Assembly: GCA_003427395.1 (NCBI GenBank)
Contig: BFEA01000043.1
Span: 994,330-1,054,558, forward strand
Length of the DNA stretch: 60,229 nt
Direction of reading: 5' to 3'
From: Chara braunii
Taxonomy: Eukaryota; Plantae; Charophyceae
This document shows positions 1 to 11,716 of the stretch, piece after piece; within the stretch, counting starts at the first letter, position 1; every line of letters starts with the position of its first letter. The notes beneath the pieces are model-generated. The model saw only the letters and a program-made list of their open reading frames with translations, ran no database searches and was not told the origin of the DNA. The position numbers were made by a program, and so were the translations under genes.

Positions 1-662
1 TTTCCTAAATTGCGGCCTTTAATGTGCCGAGAAGAACTGGGATGAGCAGGCCTGCCACGCTAGGCTATTATATTCATTTGAAACGACCCGTCACGGCACT
101 GTAGCGATGGCTGGCCGATAACACGCCGCTCCTTCACAAGTACTGGTGGTATGATCTCCAACCTATGAATTGGTGGCAAGTTTGGTTAAAATGACCCTTT
201 CTTCTTTTCTTTTTTTTTTTTTTTTTTGAAAGCCCTGTTACAAGTCCACTATCCTTGTTTTTGTTAAATGGCATGAGAAGTTGTCTGAAAATCGACGCCT
301 CCGCTAACCGCCTCTCGACATATGCAGAGTATACATGACTATAGACTCTGTGAGTACACTTAGTAGTAGTTAGTACACACACAACTTTCATAGTAGAAGT
401 CAAAACAGCGTAACGGACCGGTTTTGACCGCCGCCACGCGGTCTCCTCAGGGGGTTCCTTCCTTCTTTCCCCTAAATCCAAGTCCACCTTAATTCCGTTC
501 ACCCTCTTCCGCACCTTCGCTTCCTTTTTTTTTTTTTTTCAAAACAAAACAGGCCCAGTGCCCAAGGCTGATATTATCAATAAGAAGATTGAGGCCGGGT
601 CCTCACAGTCTACCCGGAGTGACCGAATCGAACTTGCTGAGAACCGGGCTCAGCGTCCCTCA

Positions 663-693
<31 letters not shown>

Positions 694-1749
694 TTCTGCT
701 GATTCTATGTAAAATGTGAGATAATCGTACTAATGATGATGATTAGTATATAAAACATATAGAAGACTATGCTATATCAGCAATTCTGGCCTCCTAATCC
801 TAGAACAACTCCTAGCCCTCCCTGTACCAGGGCATTGCATCTCAGAGACGATGCCAACCTAACCAACGTCAACCATAGCTGACCTCTTCTCGCCACCTAG
901 ACTATCCCCAGCCCCATAGGTTGTCAAGGCAGCCCCCCCCCGGTTCATCACCGGATTGCCTTCCTCCCTCAGCAAAATCCAGATCTCCCTACAAGTCCTC
1001 ACACTCCTGCCATTTGCGGGTTACAGGGCAACGCCCCAGCTCCTGCCAGCGTCGTTTTGGCATCAGCAAACCAGGGGCACAGAACAAAGCAACTCTGCAG
1101 ATATCGACCAACCGGGAGCGCTGCGCCCGGCCGGAACCGGTTCGTCAGCAGTGTTTTCACATTAGGGCAAAGTAGGGCGCGTCGACTAGCGGGAGGAGGG
1201 GTAAGGAAGATGGCCGCCGGGCGCGCCATGAACGGTCTGTTAGCGAAAGGTGTTCCTACATGGCGGATGGGCAGCATGACGATGGGGAAAAGAGGACGCA
1301 GGAGTCAAGCCATGCGCTGGAAGCGTTGCTACATGGGAGCTATACGACGTGACGGGGGTGGTCGAGAGCTCGGGATGTTTGAGGTCTTTCGCTTGTATGT
1401 TTCCCCCTTCCTCAACAGTTGGTAAGTGTTTACCATGGTGGTTCGAATCTTCTGCGGTGACTCGCTGACGGGCTCGGTGAGGAGGCGCCACACCATTTCT
1501 GAGTCTCCTTGGAGGATTTGAGATGGCCGTTGAAGTTTTCGGTGTTAGCAGTGTACTGATTTTCGTCGCTAGCAGTGGGAGGAGGGGTGTCTCTCTTTCC
1601 CCGACGACCCTGGGCTAAGGTTTGAGGGGGATGAGGTAAGTTGGTGTTGAGGAGGAGGGAAGGGCAGGTATCGTTTCTCGTAGCTCGCATGGCTGTTCAT
1701 CACGTACTACTATGATCTGGCCCACGTGCGATAGAATCGCTTTCAGTTT

Positions 1750-4377
1750 GAATTCACAATCTATAATTCATGCTAAATTCATCTTTGATTCTTAATTGAT
1801 GGTCCTTGCTGATTGGCTCTGAGCTGCTCGTTTTGAATTACAATTTCTAATGGAAAATTTTGCAGGATAATTCTACATGAAAATTTGATTACAAATAGGT
1901 AGGAATTCTCGAATTACACTCTCAAGGTTTTCTTTAGAGGTTGATTTCTAGTTATCTGTCGTAAGTTTCAGAAGTACTCAACGATAGTTTTTGTCGGATA
2001 ATTCAACTTGTAATTTTCATAGCGTTGGTCGAAAGTCCTATTTGAGGCAGTTCATGGTATATTCCAATGATATTTTACATGTTTTTTAAATTCGTATTTT
2101 GTCTCCAAATTCAAGGCTATTTCTAAAAGAACGCACAAAGTTGCGGATGATTTTCAATTGATTTTCAATCGGTTTTCAATCTTGTACACAATCTACATCT
2201 AGGAAACTTCCAAAGGTTGGACTTAATTTGCATGTAGCCGTTCATTTCTTCAACGTTTTTCGGAAGTCGTATTTCAAATTTGCTATGATGCGGTCTTGCA
2301 AACGAAAGGGGGAAGGTCGAATTAGAGGCAGGTGGGAAGTGGGGGGGGTTCACTCAGAGGAGGGATCGGCGGTTCAGGGTGGTAAGTCTATTATTAGAAG
2401 GGTGGGGTGGGACGACATTTGTCGGTGTTGGAGCATTCGCTCTGTGACCAAGGGGAGCTTGAGCCCATTGAAGTTATGCCAAGGGTGGAAGGCATAACCA
2501 TCTCGCCCGACGTAGTTGTTGTCGGGGTGGTGACCCTATAACCTTTTAAGGGGCCATACAATTAAGGAAGTTGTCGAGGGGGAAGGCACTCTCTGTCCGT
2601 CGGAAACAGTTAGGTCGGTACTGGGGCAGTTTGTGTTGCCTTGTAACCCTAGCTTGGGGGGTATGAGATCTGATGATTTCCGGTACGAGGATTGAAAGCT
2701 TGGGCAGCGTGTCCTTCATCTGTGGTGAGGGTAAGAGACGTATTGTTAGTGGTTTTAGTTCTTGTCCTTTTTCCTTTTGGCTTCCTTAAATGGGAAGGTG
2801 AAAGTTGGAAGTACGGTTTGGAGGGAATTTTGGGTGGGGTCGTGCAGTTGAGGAAGGGTTGCTCAGGATGGCAAGTCTACTAGAAGGGCGGGGTGGGGCG
2901 ACATTGGCCGATGCTGGAGCAGTGGCTCTGTGACCAAGAGGCGCTTGAGGCCATTAGAGTTATGTCAAGGGTGGAAGGCATAACCACCTCTTTCAACGTA
3001 GTTGATGCTGAGGCGGTGATCCTGTAACCTGGTAGGGGGTTTGCAGCTAAGGAAGTAGTCGAGGGAGGAAGATACTTCCTGTCCGTCAAAAAACAGTTAG
3101 TTCGGTGCTGGGGCAGTTTGTGTTGCCTTGTAACCCTAGCAAGGGGGGTGTGAGAACTGACGATTTTTGGTACGAGGACCGAAAGCCTGAGTGGCGGTTT
3201 CTCGTTTGTAACGAGGGTTTGAGTTTGATTGTTGGTGGCTCTATTTCTTATTTTCGTCTCTCTGTTTTTCATAGCTTTTTTATTTCTGAATATGTTCTTG
3301 AATGGGATTGAATTTTCCGATTTTTATTTTTTTTATAAGTTGGCGCTGGTGGCAGGGGGCTGGGGTTGCAATGGTGGGGGATAATGCGCTCTGCGGCCAT
3401 GGGGCTAACCTACAGGGTGGAAATAGGGTACAGCAGTGATGAAGATGGTGGCTTCATCACGGTAAGACTTGCCGAAGTACGGTTGTGAGGGATTTTATGT
3501 CGGATATCTGCAACCAGTGCTCGAAAGAGCTGAGTGATCGGATCTACAGTTATGGTGTTGATTGGTGGCTTGTCTGGTATTTGCTGTAGTCTTGGGTCCC
3601 CGTGGGCTTGCGAATGGACGAGGCCAAAACGAAGCTGGTCGGTGCTTGGGCTTGGTCGCGTTGCCCTGTAACTCGAGTCGTACGAGGGCAAGAGACCTGG
3701 TAGAGAGATCTGGGGAAATGTCGAGGGTGGAAGGCACTCTAGGGTCCTTTGGTAAGCAGGTACTTGGACGATGCTGGTCGGAGCCGGGGCGGGTCGTTTT
3801 GCCCTGTAGCCTAGCAGGTGGGAATCTTTTGGGGTGGGTCGCGCCACTCTGTAACCTACCAGTTGGGGGCGTGAGGCATAGTAGAGACTAAGTATCAGGA
3901 TATAGGGATGAGGCAGGTAGGGGTGGGCTACTGAAAGGCTCTAAGGCAGGTATTTCTCGATCTGAATGCTCTTCTAAAAATAAAAAGGTCCTCTGTATGG
4001 AGAAGTAGATGGTTGGATATCAAGCGTCCTACTAGTGAGGGGGCTAGCTTGTAGGACGGAAATAGGGTACAGCAGCAGTGGAGATGGTGGCTCTGCTGCA
4101 GTAAGTCTTGCCGAAGTGAGGTAAAGAGGATTGATGGCGGGTTTCTGAGTCGTTTTCTGAACTTTGCTTATTCCTGAAGTTCGTCGTAGTAATTTGCTAA
4201 GTAGTTCAAATTTTTCTTAGCCAAAGCCGCGTAATGGCCCCGGTATCTCAAATATCTCAAATTTTCAAACTTCTATGTAATAATTTCCATATGGGACGTT
4301 GGGCCCGGTTCCCAGCACGTGTTGCTCCCCACGAATAGATTGGAGTCTTGTTCCCATTTATATATTAAAAAAAAAAA
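1750..4377 (+). mobile_element. Probable non-coding poly(A)-ended retroelement with internal ~300-bp repeats (5' boundary uncertain)
   Basis: Ends in the structured 3' motif plus poly(A) at 4366-4377. The 3' ~400 bp recur inverted at ~47345-47730 and partly at 46525-46630. Confidence 0.5.
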
Positions 4378-6451
4378 GTCCAAGTTGCCAGGTTGGACCA
4401 TCTCTGAAATCCTATATCCCGAATGAGGAAGAAGGCCAGATGCTGCCAAAATTACAGAACACCAGAAAGCTTAATATAACATGATCGAAAACTATGGAAT
4501 TCTAAAGCACATGTTCTGTAGATTAAACTACCCCCTGGACCATCTCTGAAATCCTATATCCCGAATGAGGAAGAAGCAGAGGTGGCAACTGGGATTTTTT
4601 GGAAAACTTGTACCTTACCTACCCATACCCTCTTTGAAAACTAACCACCCATACCCACTGTATAGATGGCCTACCGGACCTTTACCCATCCTTACCTACT
4701 CAAAAAAACAAAAAATGTACCTGTACCTGCCCTACCTGAACCCCTTCTGACTGTAGCTGCCCATAACTGTCCATGGACTTTCTGTTTTAAACCACCAGTA
4801 CCTCGCCCTGCTTGAGAAAATCGACGAGGCCGTTAACGCGCCGCGTCGGGCGGGGTACCCACCGGGGTGCGACCGGTAGCCCACAAAAAACGGGCAAAAA
4901 AAAAANNNNNNNNNNNNNNNNNNNNNNNNNNNNNNNNNNNNNNNNNNNNNNNNNNNNNNNNNNNNNNNNNNNNNNNNNNNNNNNNNNNNNNNNNNNNNNN
5001 NNNNNNNNNNNNNNNNNNNNNNNNNNNNNNNNNNNNNNNNNNNNNNNNNNNNNNNNNNNNNNNNNNNNNNNNNNNNNNNNNNNNNNNNNNNNNNNNNNNN
5101 NNNNNNNNNNNNNNNNNNNNNNNNNNNNNNNNNNNNNNNNNNNNNNNNNNNNNNNNNNNNNNNNNNNNNNNNNNNNNNNNNNNNNNNNNNNNNNNNNNNN
5201 NNNNNNNNNNNNNNNNNNNNNNNNNNNNNNNNNNNNNNNNNNNNNNNNNNNNNNNNNNNNNNNNNNNNNNNNNNNNNNNNNNNNNNNNNNNNNNNNNNNN
5301 NNNNNNNNNNNNNNNNNNNNNNNNNNNNNNNNNNNNNNNNNNNNNNNNNNNNNNNNNNNNNNNNNNNNNNNNNNNNNNNNNNNNNNNNNNNNNNNNNNNN
5401 NNNNNNNNNNNNNNNNNNNNNNNNNNNNNNNNNNNNNNNNNNNNNNNNNNNNNNNNNNNNNNNNNNNNNNNNNNNNNNNNNNNNNNNNNNNNNNNNNNNN
5501 NNNNNNNNNNNNNNNNNNNNNNNNNNNNNNNNNNNNNNNNNNNNNNNNNNNNNNNNNNNNNNNNNNNNNNNNNNNNNNNNNNNNNNNNNNNNNNNNNNNN
5601 NNNNNNNNNNNNNNNNNNNNNNNNNNNNNNNNNNNNNNNNNNNNNNNNNNNNNNNNNNNNNNNNNNNNNNNNNNNNNNNNNNNNNNNNNNNNNNNNNNNN
5701 NNNNNNNNNNNNNNNNNNNNNNNNNNNNNNNNNNNNNNNNNNNNNNNNNNNNNNNNNNNNNNNNNNNNNNNNNNNNNNNNNNNNNNNNNNNNNNNNNNNN
5801 NNNNNNNNNNNNNNNNNNNNNNNNNNNNNNNNNNNNNNNNNNNNNNNNNNNNNNNNNNNNNNNNNNNNNNNNNNNNNNNNNNNNNNNNNNNNNNNNNNNN
5901 CACACACACACACACACACACACAATCTTGGAGTTGTGTATAGCAAACATGACAAACCACCTGAATAGAGACTACGGGCTGCCCACCCGTGCCCTCACAG
6001 TTTCATAAATAAGCCTTGAACCCCGTAGCAGCCACATCCGTGTTCAACGGGGGAACATGTGGAAGCTGCACCCACTGGCAGGTGCAATACCTGCTTCAGC
6101 AGGTGGGCGATACCGGCTAGGGGTCAGCCGGTAGGATGACGACCGAGCTTCTTAGAGCCTACTCACCCGAGGGCCTTTTTTGGCATTATTATAGCTAAAA
6201 ATTTCATTGATGGTTGGGCCAGTGGCACAAGGCAGGGAAAGTGGCGAAAGCAGGAAAGGGGTATCAAATGTCAGCGGCCTGGCAGGCAGCGGGGAACTTC
6301 AAGGGCGTTTGGCTACTGGAGTGGAGGCGGTAGCAATTTTTTTTTTTTTTAGTTGGAGAGTTCGGGAAAGGAAATTTGAAACGATCTTTGTTGAGAAAAA
6401 AAGAAGTTGAAGGAATTGGGTCTCGCGCTGGGTGACCACACGACGCACCAT

Positions 6452-6489
6452 CTGTCTCTTATACACATCTAGATGTGTATAAGAGACAG
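6452..6489. other. Nextera mate-pair junction adapter (assembly artefact)
   Basis: Exact CTGTCTCTTATACACATCT-AGATGTGTATAAGAGACAG, flanked by an identical duplication 6232-6451 / 6490-6709. Confidence 0.98.
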
Positions 6490-6934
6490 GCAGGGAAAGT
6501 GGCGAAAGCAGGAAAGGGGTATCAAATGTCAGCGGCCTGGCAGGCAGCGGGGAACTTCAAGGGCGTTTGGCTACTGGAGTGGAGGCGGTAGCAATTTTTT
6601 TTTTTTTTAGTTGGAGAGTTCGGGAAAGGAAATTTGAAACGATCTTTGTTGAGAAAAAAAGAAGTTGAAGGAATTGGGTCTCGCGCTGGGTGACCACACG
6701 ACGCACCATTTGGCAATTGCCGGAACGTTGGGCTCATGTCTTTTGTGATTTGCTGCTGCTACGTGACCGGGCAGAGTGGCATTTCATCGAAGTCGGGATA
6801 GCAAAATTCGCAGATTTCGCTGATATGCCACCGCTGTGTGAGTACGCCCTTACATGGGCCAGTCGCTGTGCCTCCCCTCCGGTCCCCTTCCCCTACGAAC
6901 ATCAGCAGTCTCTTCTCCATAACGCTAGAGGGGA

Positions 6935-7135
6935 CCAACGGCCTATCTCTAGCAAGGGAGGTGCAGCTACTGGCAAAATGCTCGGTCTTTGCGTTAGCTG
7001 GACCCCCACCAGCGACCCCACCCCATCTCTGACTACCTCTGTTGGGGCGGGGCGCAACATGATTTACCTCATTTGCGAGGCCCTATGCTTGCAGGGGTCC
7101 CCTCTATACAGTCTTAGGGGTAGTGGTACAAAGGT
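6935..7135 (+). mobile_element. 3' fragment of the same SINE family
   Basis: GCTACTGGCAAAATGCTCGGTCTTTGCGTTAGC and CTATGCTTGCAGGGGTCCCCTCTATACAG are reverse complements of sequences in 17545-17980 and 11080-11470. Confidence 0.65.
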
Positions 7136-7169
7136 TCAGGTAATTGAATTGGTTGGGCTTAAAGAATAA

Positions 7170-7345
7170 ACCACTAGTACCTCTGCCGTCCGGTTTCAAA
7201 AAGTTTTGGTCTACCTCCGAACTTTTAGGAGGCCGGGCCCGACAACAGCTGCCATTGATAAATCTGATCGGCGGCCGTCGTTTCGTTTCGGCCTCCTGAA
7301 AGGTCGGAGTCCCACTATTTTCGAACCGACAAAGGTACCAGTGGT
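7170..7345. mobile_element. Fold-back MITE with ACCACTAGTACC-type ends, related to the TTAA family
   Basis: ACCACTAGTACCT...AGGTACCAGTGGT with internal inverted arms CTCCGAACTTTTAGGAGGCCG / CGGCCTCCTGAAAGGTCGGAG. Confidence 0.6.
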
Positions 7346-7666
7346 TACAGAAGAAGAAGAAGAAGAAGAAGAAGAAGAAGAAGAAGAAGAAGAAGGGAAC
7401 ATCTCTTTTGTCATCAACACTACCTAGTACCTACCTATCACTACTCCTAAGGCTATACAGGGGATTCCAGTAAGCATAGCTATCGACCTCTCTGCAGTGA
7501 AGGGAGGTTACCTCGTTCGGTGGAGGGATACCATGCCACACCACCTTACAACGAACAGCTGGAGGGAAAAAAAAGAGAGAACTTTTGATGGCTGTAAAGC
7601 ATCGCGATGCTGGATAGGCATATTTATGGCTGTCACTCTGCTACCTTCTTTTCCCAAACATAAAGC

Positions 7667-7920
7667 GGTGTCATCTTACATAACGCCCCATGATCATGAA
7701 TGCATCCAAACAGTGTTCCCATCCAGATACGGTCATGATGCGGATGCGTCATCTTACATAACGGCCCATGATCATGAATGCATCCGAACCCTGCTGCCAT
7801 CCACATACAGTCATGGTGCAAGTGCGTCATGTTCAGGTACATAACTCCCCCCTATGATCATGAATGCATCCAAACTCCGCTCCCGTCCACATACAGTCAT
7901 GGTGCAGGTGCGTCATTTTC
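7667..7920. repeat. Three ~78-90 bp tandem units
   Basis: TACATAAC...ATGATCATGAATGCATCC...CAGTCATGGTGC repeated three times. Confidence 0.85.
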
Positions 7921-8023
7921 AGGGGACAACCAAGTGCTACCCATATCGCCGTACCGCCATTTTTCTGGGAGGTGCCCTTTCACCACCAAGCATTGATTTT
8001 TCTTCCCTTTTTTTGGGTGTTCT

Positions 8024-8054
<31 letters not shown>

Positions 8055-8916
8055 GAGAACAGCCCGAGCTGAAGAGCAGGCACCACTGGCACTCGCAGGG
8101 AGGCTCCATCTATTGGTGGGGAGCTTTACCGGCAGTCGTTTTTTTTCCTTCTTTCGAGTGTCCCTTTCTTTTTGTGGGGGGGAACTACGCGGGAGTCACA
8201 AATTTGAGGGGGGGGGGGTTTCAGACATTCTGTTGTGACCTGTGGTCCAGTGGTGGTAAGAGAACGGACTGGATCGAGGCACTCTGTGGACGACTCCCAT
8301 CCATTGGTGGGGAGTTCCACCTGGTCCAGCGTCCCTTATAGGAGAGGCCGGGGTCGTCACAGTCTACCCAGAAGAAGAAAAACAGAACCGGCCAGAGTGT
8401 CCGGTTTATGTTACATTCAAAGTAGAACGATTGATAGAGGTGGCACTAGCGTAGAAAACGAAAATAGAAAGGGAAAAAGCAGAAAACTGACAATTCAAAA
8501 ACAAACAAACAAACAGATTGGTTCGTCAGGATAATGTAGAGGATGGTCCCATAGTAGATTAGAGTAGAACAGCTTGTTGTCTTCTGAGAGGTCTGCCCAC
8601 TTGAAGGGGGATGACCATTTCTGACGAAAGGTAGATTTGGCTATGTCCGCATAAGCCGAGAGTTCTTCTTCTACTTGAACCCATCTGCCGTGATGTGTAC
8701 TCGGACGGCCTGTCAAAAATGAGTTATAGTTGCACTATGGGCCAAGATACAGTTTCGAATTGCAGTTCGGGCCTGTGTAGCATGGGGAACGCGTTTGTGT
8801 TGGCCTCCAAAACGCGAACACAATGCTACGCAGGTTCGGGCAATATATACAACCCAGCTTTCTGGCCAGGTAAGATACCCGAAGTGCAATTGCAAACTGT
8901 ATCTTGCCCTATAGTG

Positions 8917-8955
<39 letters not shown>

Positions 8956-9308
8956 GCAGGCTCTATTGGTGGGGAGCCACACGTGCTGGAAATCGGGTCC
9001 AGCGTCCCTTGAATACATCTGTTCCCTCTTTCTTCCGGCACAAACTGGGAACCGGGCCCATCTGACTCCACTGAGGTTACCCCCCTTTTTATACCAAAAG
9101 GTCCAGAGTGTAGTAGAGGGTGGTAACCAGGCCTCAGGAGGTGCCCATAGTACTCATCCATTGAGAGGTCAGATGAGTTGCTAGGCCCCCGGAGGGGAGT
9201 CACCTCAAGATGGCACCATGGTACCATGACCTATGTCGTGATCTGCGCCAACGCTTACCGGACTAACCCGAACGTTTCGTCCAGATGCAACCCTAATTCT
9301 AATGTTAA

Positions 9309-9509
9309 ACCACCAGTACTTGGCCCAGCTATCGGCCGCGGGGTTTTCCCATTAACGCGCCGCGCCTTTAGGGCTTCGGGGTACCGGACCAGAATGGCTG
9401 GAAGCGCCAGCCAAAAAAGTTTCAAAATGGTACCCCGGCGCTTCGGCGAAAATTGGCGCGCACGGGCATTCCAGGCTCGGCATCGATAGCTGGGCCAAGT
9501 ACTGGTGGT
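9309..9509. mobile_element. TTAA-flanked non-autonomous DNA transposon (201 bp)
   Basis: Perfect 26-bp TIR ACCACCAGTACTTGGCCCAGCTATCG; TTAA at 9305-9308 and 9510-9513. Confidence 0.85.
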
Positions 9510-10864
9510 TTAAGGACGACCCAGGCACAGATGGGGTCTGTGCATATGCAGTCATCCCCCCTCTGTGCCACATCCCGCAGACTCTATGGGCAGTGAACCG
9601 CCCTTCCACTAAGATGCGGTATTCCGCCCTCCCCGATGCTAAGCATGATGCCTTCCTACCCAAGGCTCCCCAGGAATTCCCAATCCCAACTAATTCCCCC
9701 AACGAGAATTCCCACAGACCCCAGCCTGGATTAAGCGCCACCCGCAGGCATCGTGAGATACCTGTGGGATGAGAAGTACCCAGTACCTATCCCATACTAA
9801 CACCCATTGTGGGCGTACTATTGTTCCCCCCAAGATGGGCCCTACCATCGTCTAAGCTTGGCTCCGTCTGGACTCTGGCACGGGTGCCATCATGACGGGA
9901 AACTTACCGATAGTACCCGGGCTCAACCATGGCACCCCCACAAACTAGTACATACGGACGAGATTGACAGCCTGGAGGGTCCAAGTGGCGATGCAGAGGT
10001 ATCAACAGTTACAACAATTTCTGGGTTTTCCCAACAGTTTCCTCTTTTTTCTTTTTTTTTATAGAAAAAAAAACGAGAGAATACTAGGGGTGCTGGTAAG
10101 TAGTTACCGGCAGTCCAGGCAGTAAACCCTGCCCCCCTTATAATCTACCCTAACCTATCCCGCGCGCCCCCCCCCGCGGCCCATGGTGGAGCCAAGATAG
10201 GCCCTTTTTTTTTCCCCTTTTTTTAAAGAACACCCCCAGGGTTGCTGATCCTCAGATCCCCTAAGACTAAGCACCCAGGCAGCCCTTCCCTATGGCCCTA
10301 TCCAGCATACTACAACCATTGACCTAAACCCCTTAGGCGGTGTGCAGGCAGCGTCTGTATAAACTTACCATGATTTCCAGCTCACACACATCACAACATT
10401 GTATTGGGACGCTGGACCCGATTTCCAGCTCACACACACACATCACATCATCGTATAGGGACGCTGGACCTGATTTCCAGCAGGTGCAGCTCCCCACCAA
10501 TAGATGGAGACTTCGACGCCGGGTGTTTTTTTTTTTTTAAGTCCAGGATGTTGTAGAGGCTAGTTACCAGGCACACATGGATCACCAGGAGCGATGAGCC
10601 TTCGCAGTCCTAAGATACGAGGTCACCTCCCACCCTTTTTTTTTTTCTTTTTTTTCTTTTTTTTTACATAAAGTCCAGGGTGTTGTAGAGGCCAGTTACT
10701 AGGCTCACATTGATCGCCGGAAGCTGTCAGCCATGATTGCCCTGAAGAGACGGGGCTACCTCCCATCCCATCCTCACGTCACTCCCACCCTACCACTTAT
10801 CACCTCGCTAAGTAGGTTTCCCTAACACGAAGTTCTCAAAAAAAAAAAAAAAAAAAAAAAAAAC

Positions 10865-11012
10865 ATGCATCGTCCCAAGGGGGGGGGGTGTACGTCGGTC
10901 GACGCCTGCTGGTGGCCTATGTGCAAGACTGCAGGCCAAAAGATTTGAACCTGCGTCCTCATACCACAATGCCCATTTCCAACCAGTGCTCTAACCACTG
11001 AGCCAATGGCAA
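10865..11012 (-). mobile_element. tRNA-like SINE head (not a functional tRNA)
   Basis: Minus strand A-box TGGCTCAGTGGTTAGAGC and B-box GGTTCAAATC, but no intact anticodon arm or acceptor stem. Confidence 0.55.
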
Positions 11013-11079
11013 TGCGCAGAGCGCCCTTTTTACCGCAGTGATTTTTCGTTTTCTTTTTTCTACAAAACTAGACTATATT

Positions 11080-11716
11080 CTTCTCTCAAATTATTTCACC
11101 TTTCACTACCTACCTGCTCCTAAGGCTGTATAGAGGGGACCCCTGCAAGCATAGCTCACCTCTCATGGTGAAGGGGATATTGGATGTTGCCCCTTGCCCT
11201 ACCTCCTTCCCCCAAACATAACGGATATGCATTGTATTCGAGTTTTCGAATTTGAAAAAAAGTCAAATAGGAAGCATATGCATATGCGTTGTATTTGAAA
11301 TTTAGGTCTATTCGAATAGAACGCACCTTATGCGTTGTATTCGTTTACAATGCATATGCGTTATGTTGGGGGGAAGAAGGTACTGGTTAAGGGTGCAGGG
11401 TTGGGGCCACCAGTGGAGGTCAGGGCACCGCAAAGCCCGAGCAAAATTTTGCCAGTAGCTGTGCCTCTCTTTTCATCGTCCCTCACCCCCCATCGAGCAG
11501 CAGCAGTGTCTAAGGCCAACACTCCCACACACCACATACAGCCCACTCACGCTCACACTCGCACCCGTGTTGGCCAAAGACCCTACTACTCTACCAATCA
11601 GAGGTATCATGCGCACTATCACAGCCGGTTGCCACTAAGGGCGCCGCAGGCAGTCAGGGGGTTCAAACCCACAACCTCCTGAGTGCCAATTGGATGCCTA
11701 ACCAACTGGGTGTCCT
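11080..11716 (-). mobile_element. tRNA-derived SINE (carries a MITE insertion)
   Basis: Minus-strand head with A-box-like CACCCAGTTGG and B-box-like GGTTTGAACCC. Body shared with 17545-17980 (-) and 6935-7135 (+). Tail GTAGGTAGTGAA. Confidence 0.7.
11202..11380. mobile_element. TA-flanked Tc1/mariner-like MITE (long form) inserted in a SINE
   Basis: TIR CC(T)CCTTCCCCCAAACATAACG; TA flanks; internal homology to 23404-23614 and 46960-47158. Confidence 0.75.

Noticed and set aside
4732-6008. Long ORFs spanning N-runs (here and at all 12 gaps)
   Set aside because: They are open only because N translates as X; not genes.
6452-6489. Tn5/IS50 mosaic ends suggesting a bacterial transposon or horizontal transfer
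   Set aside because: Exact synthetic Nextera mate-pair junction with identical flanking duplication; library artefact.
10930-11012. tRNA gene
   Set aside because: A/B boxes only with no intact cloverleaf; treated as a SINE head.
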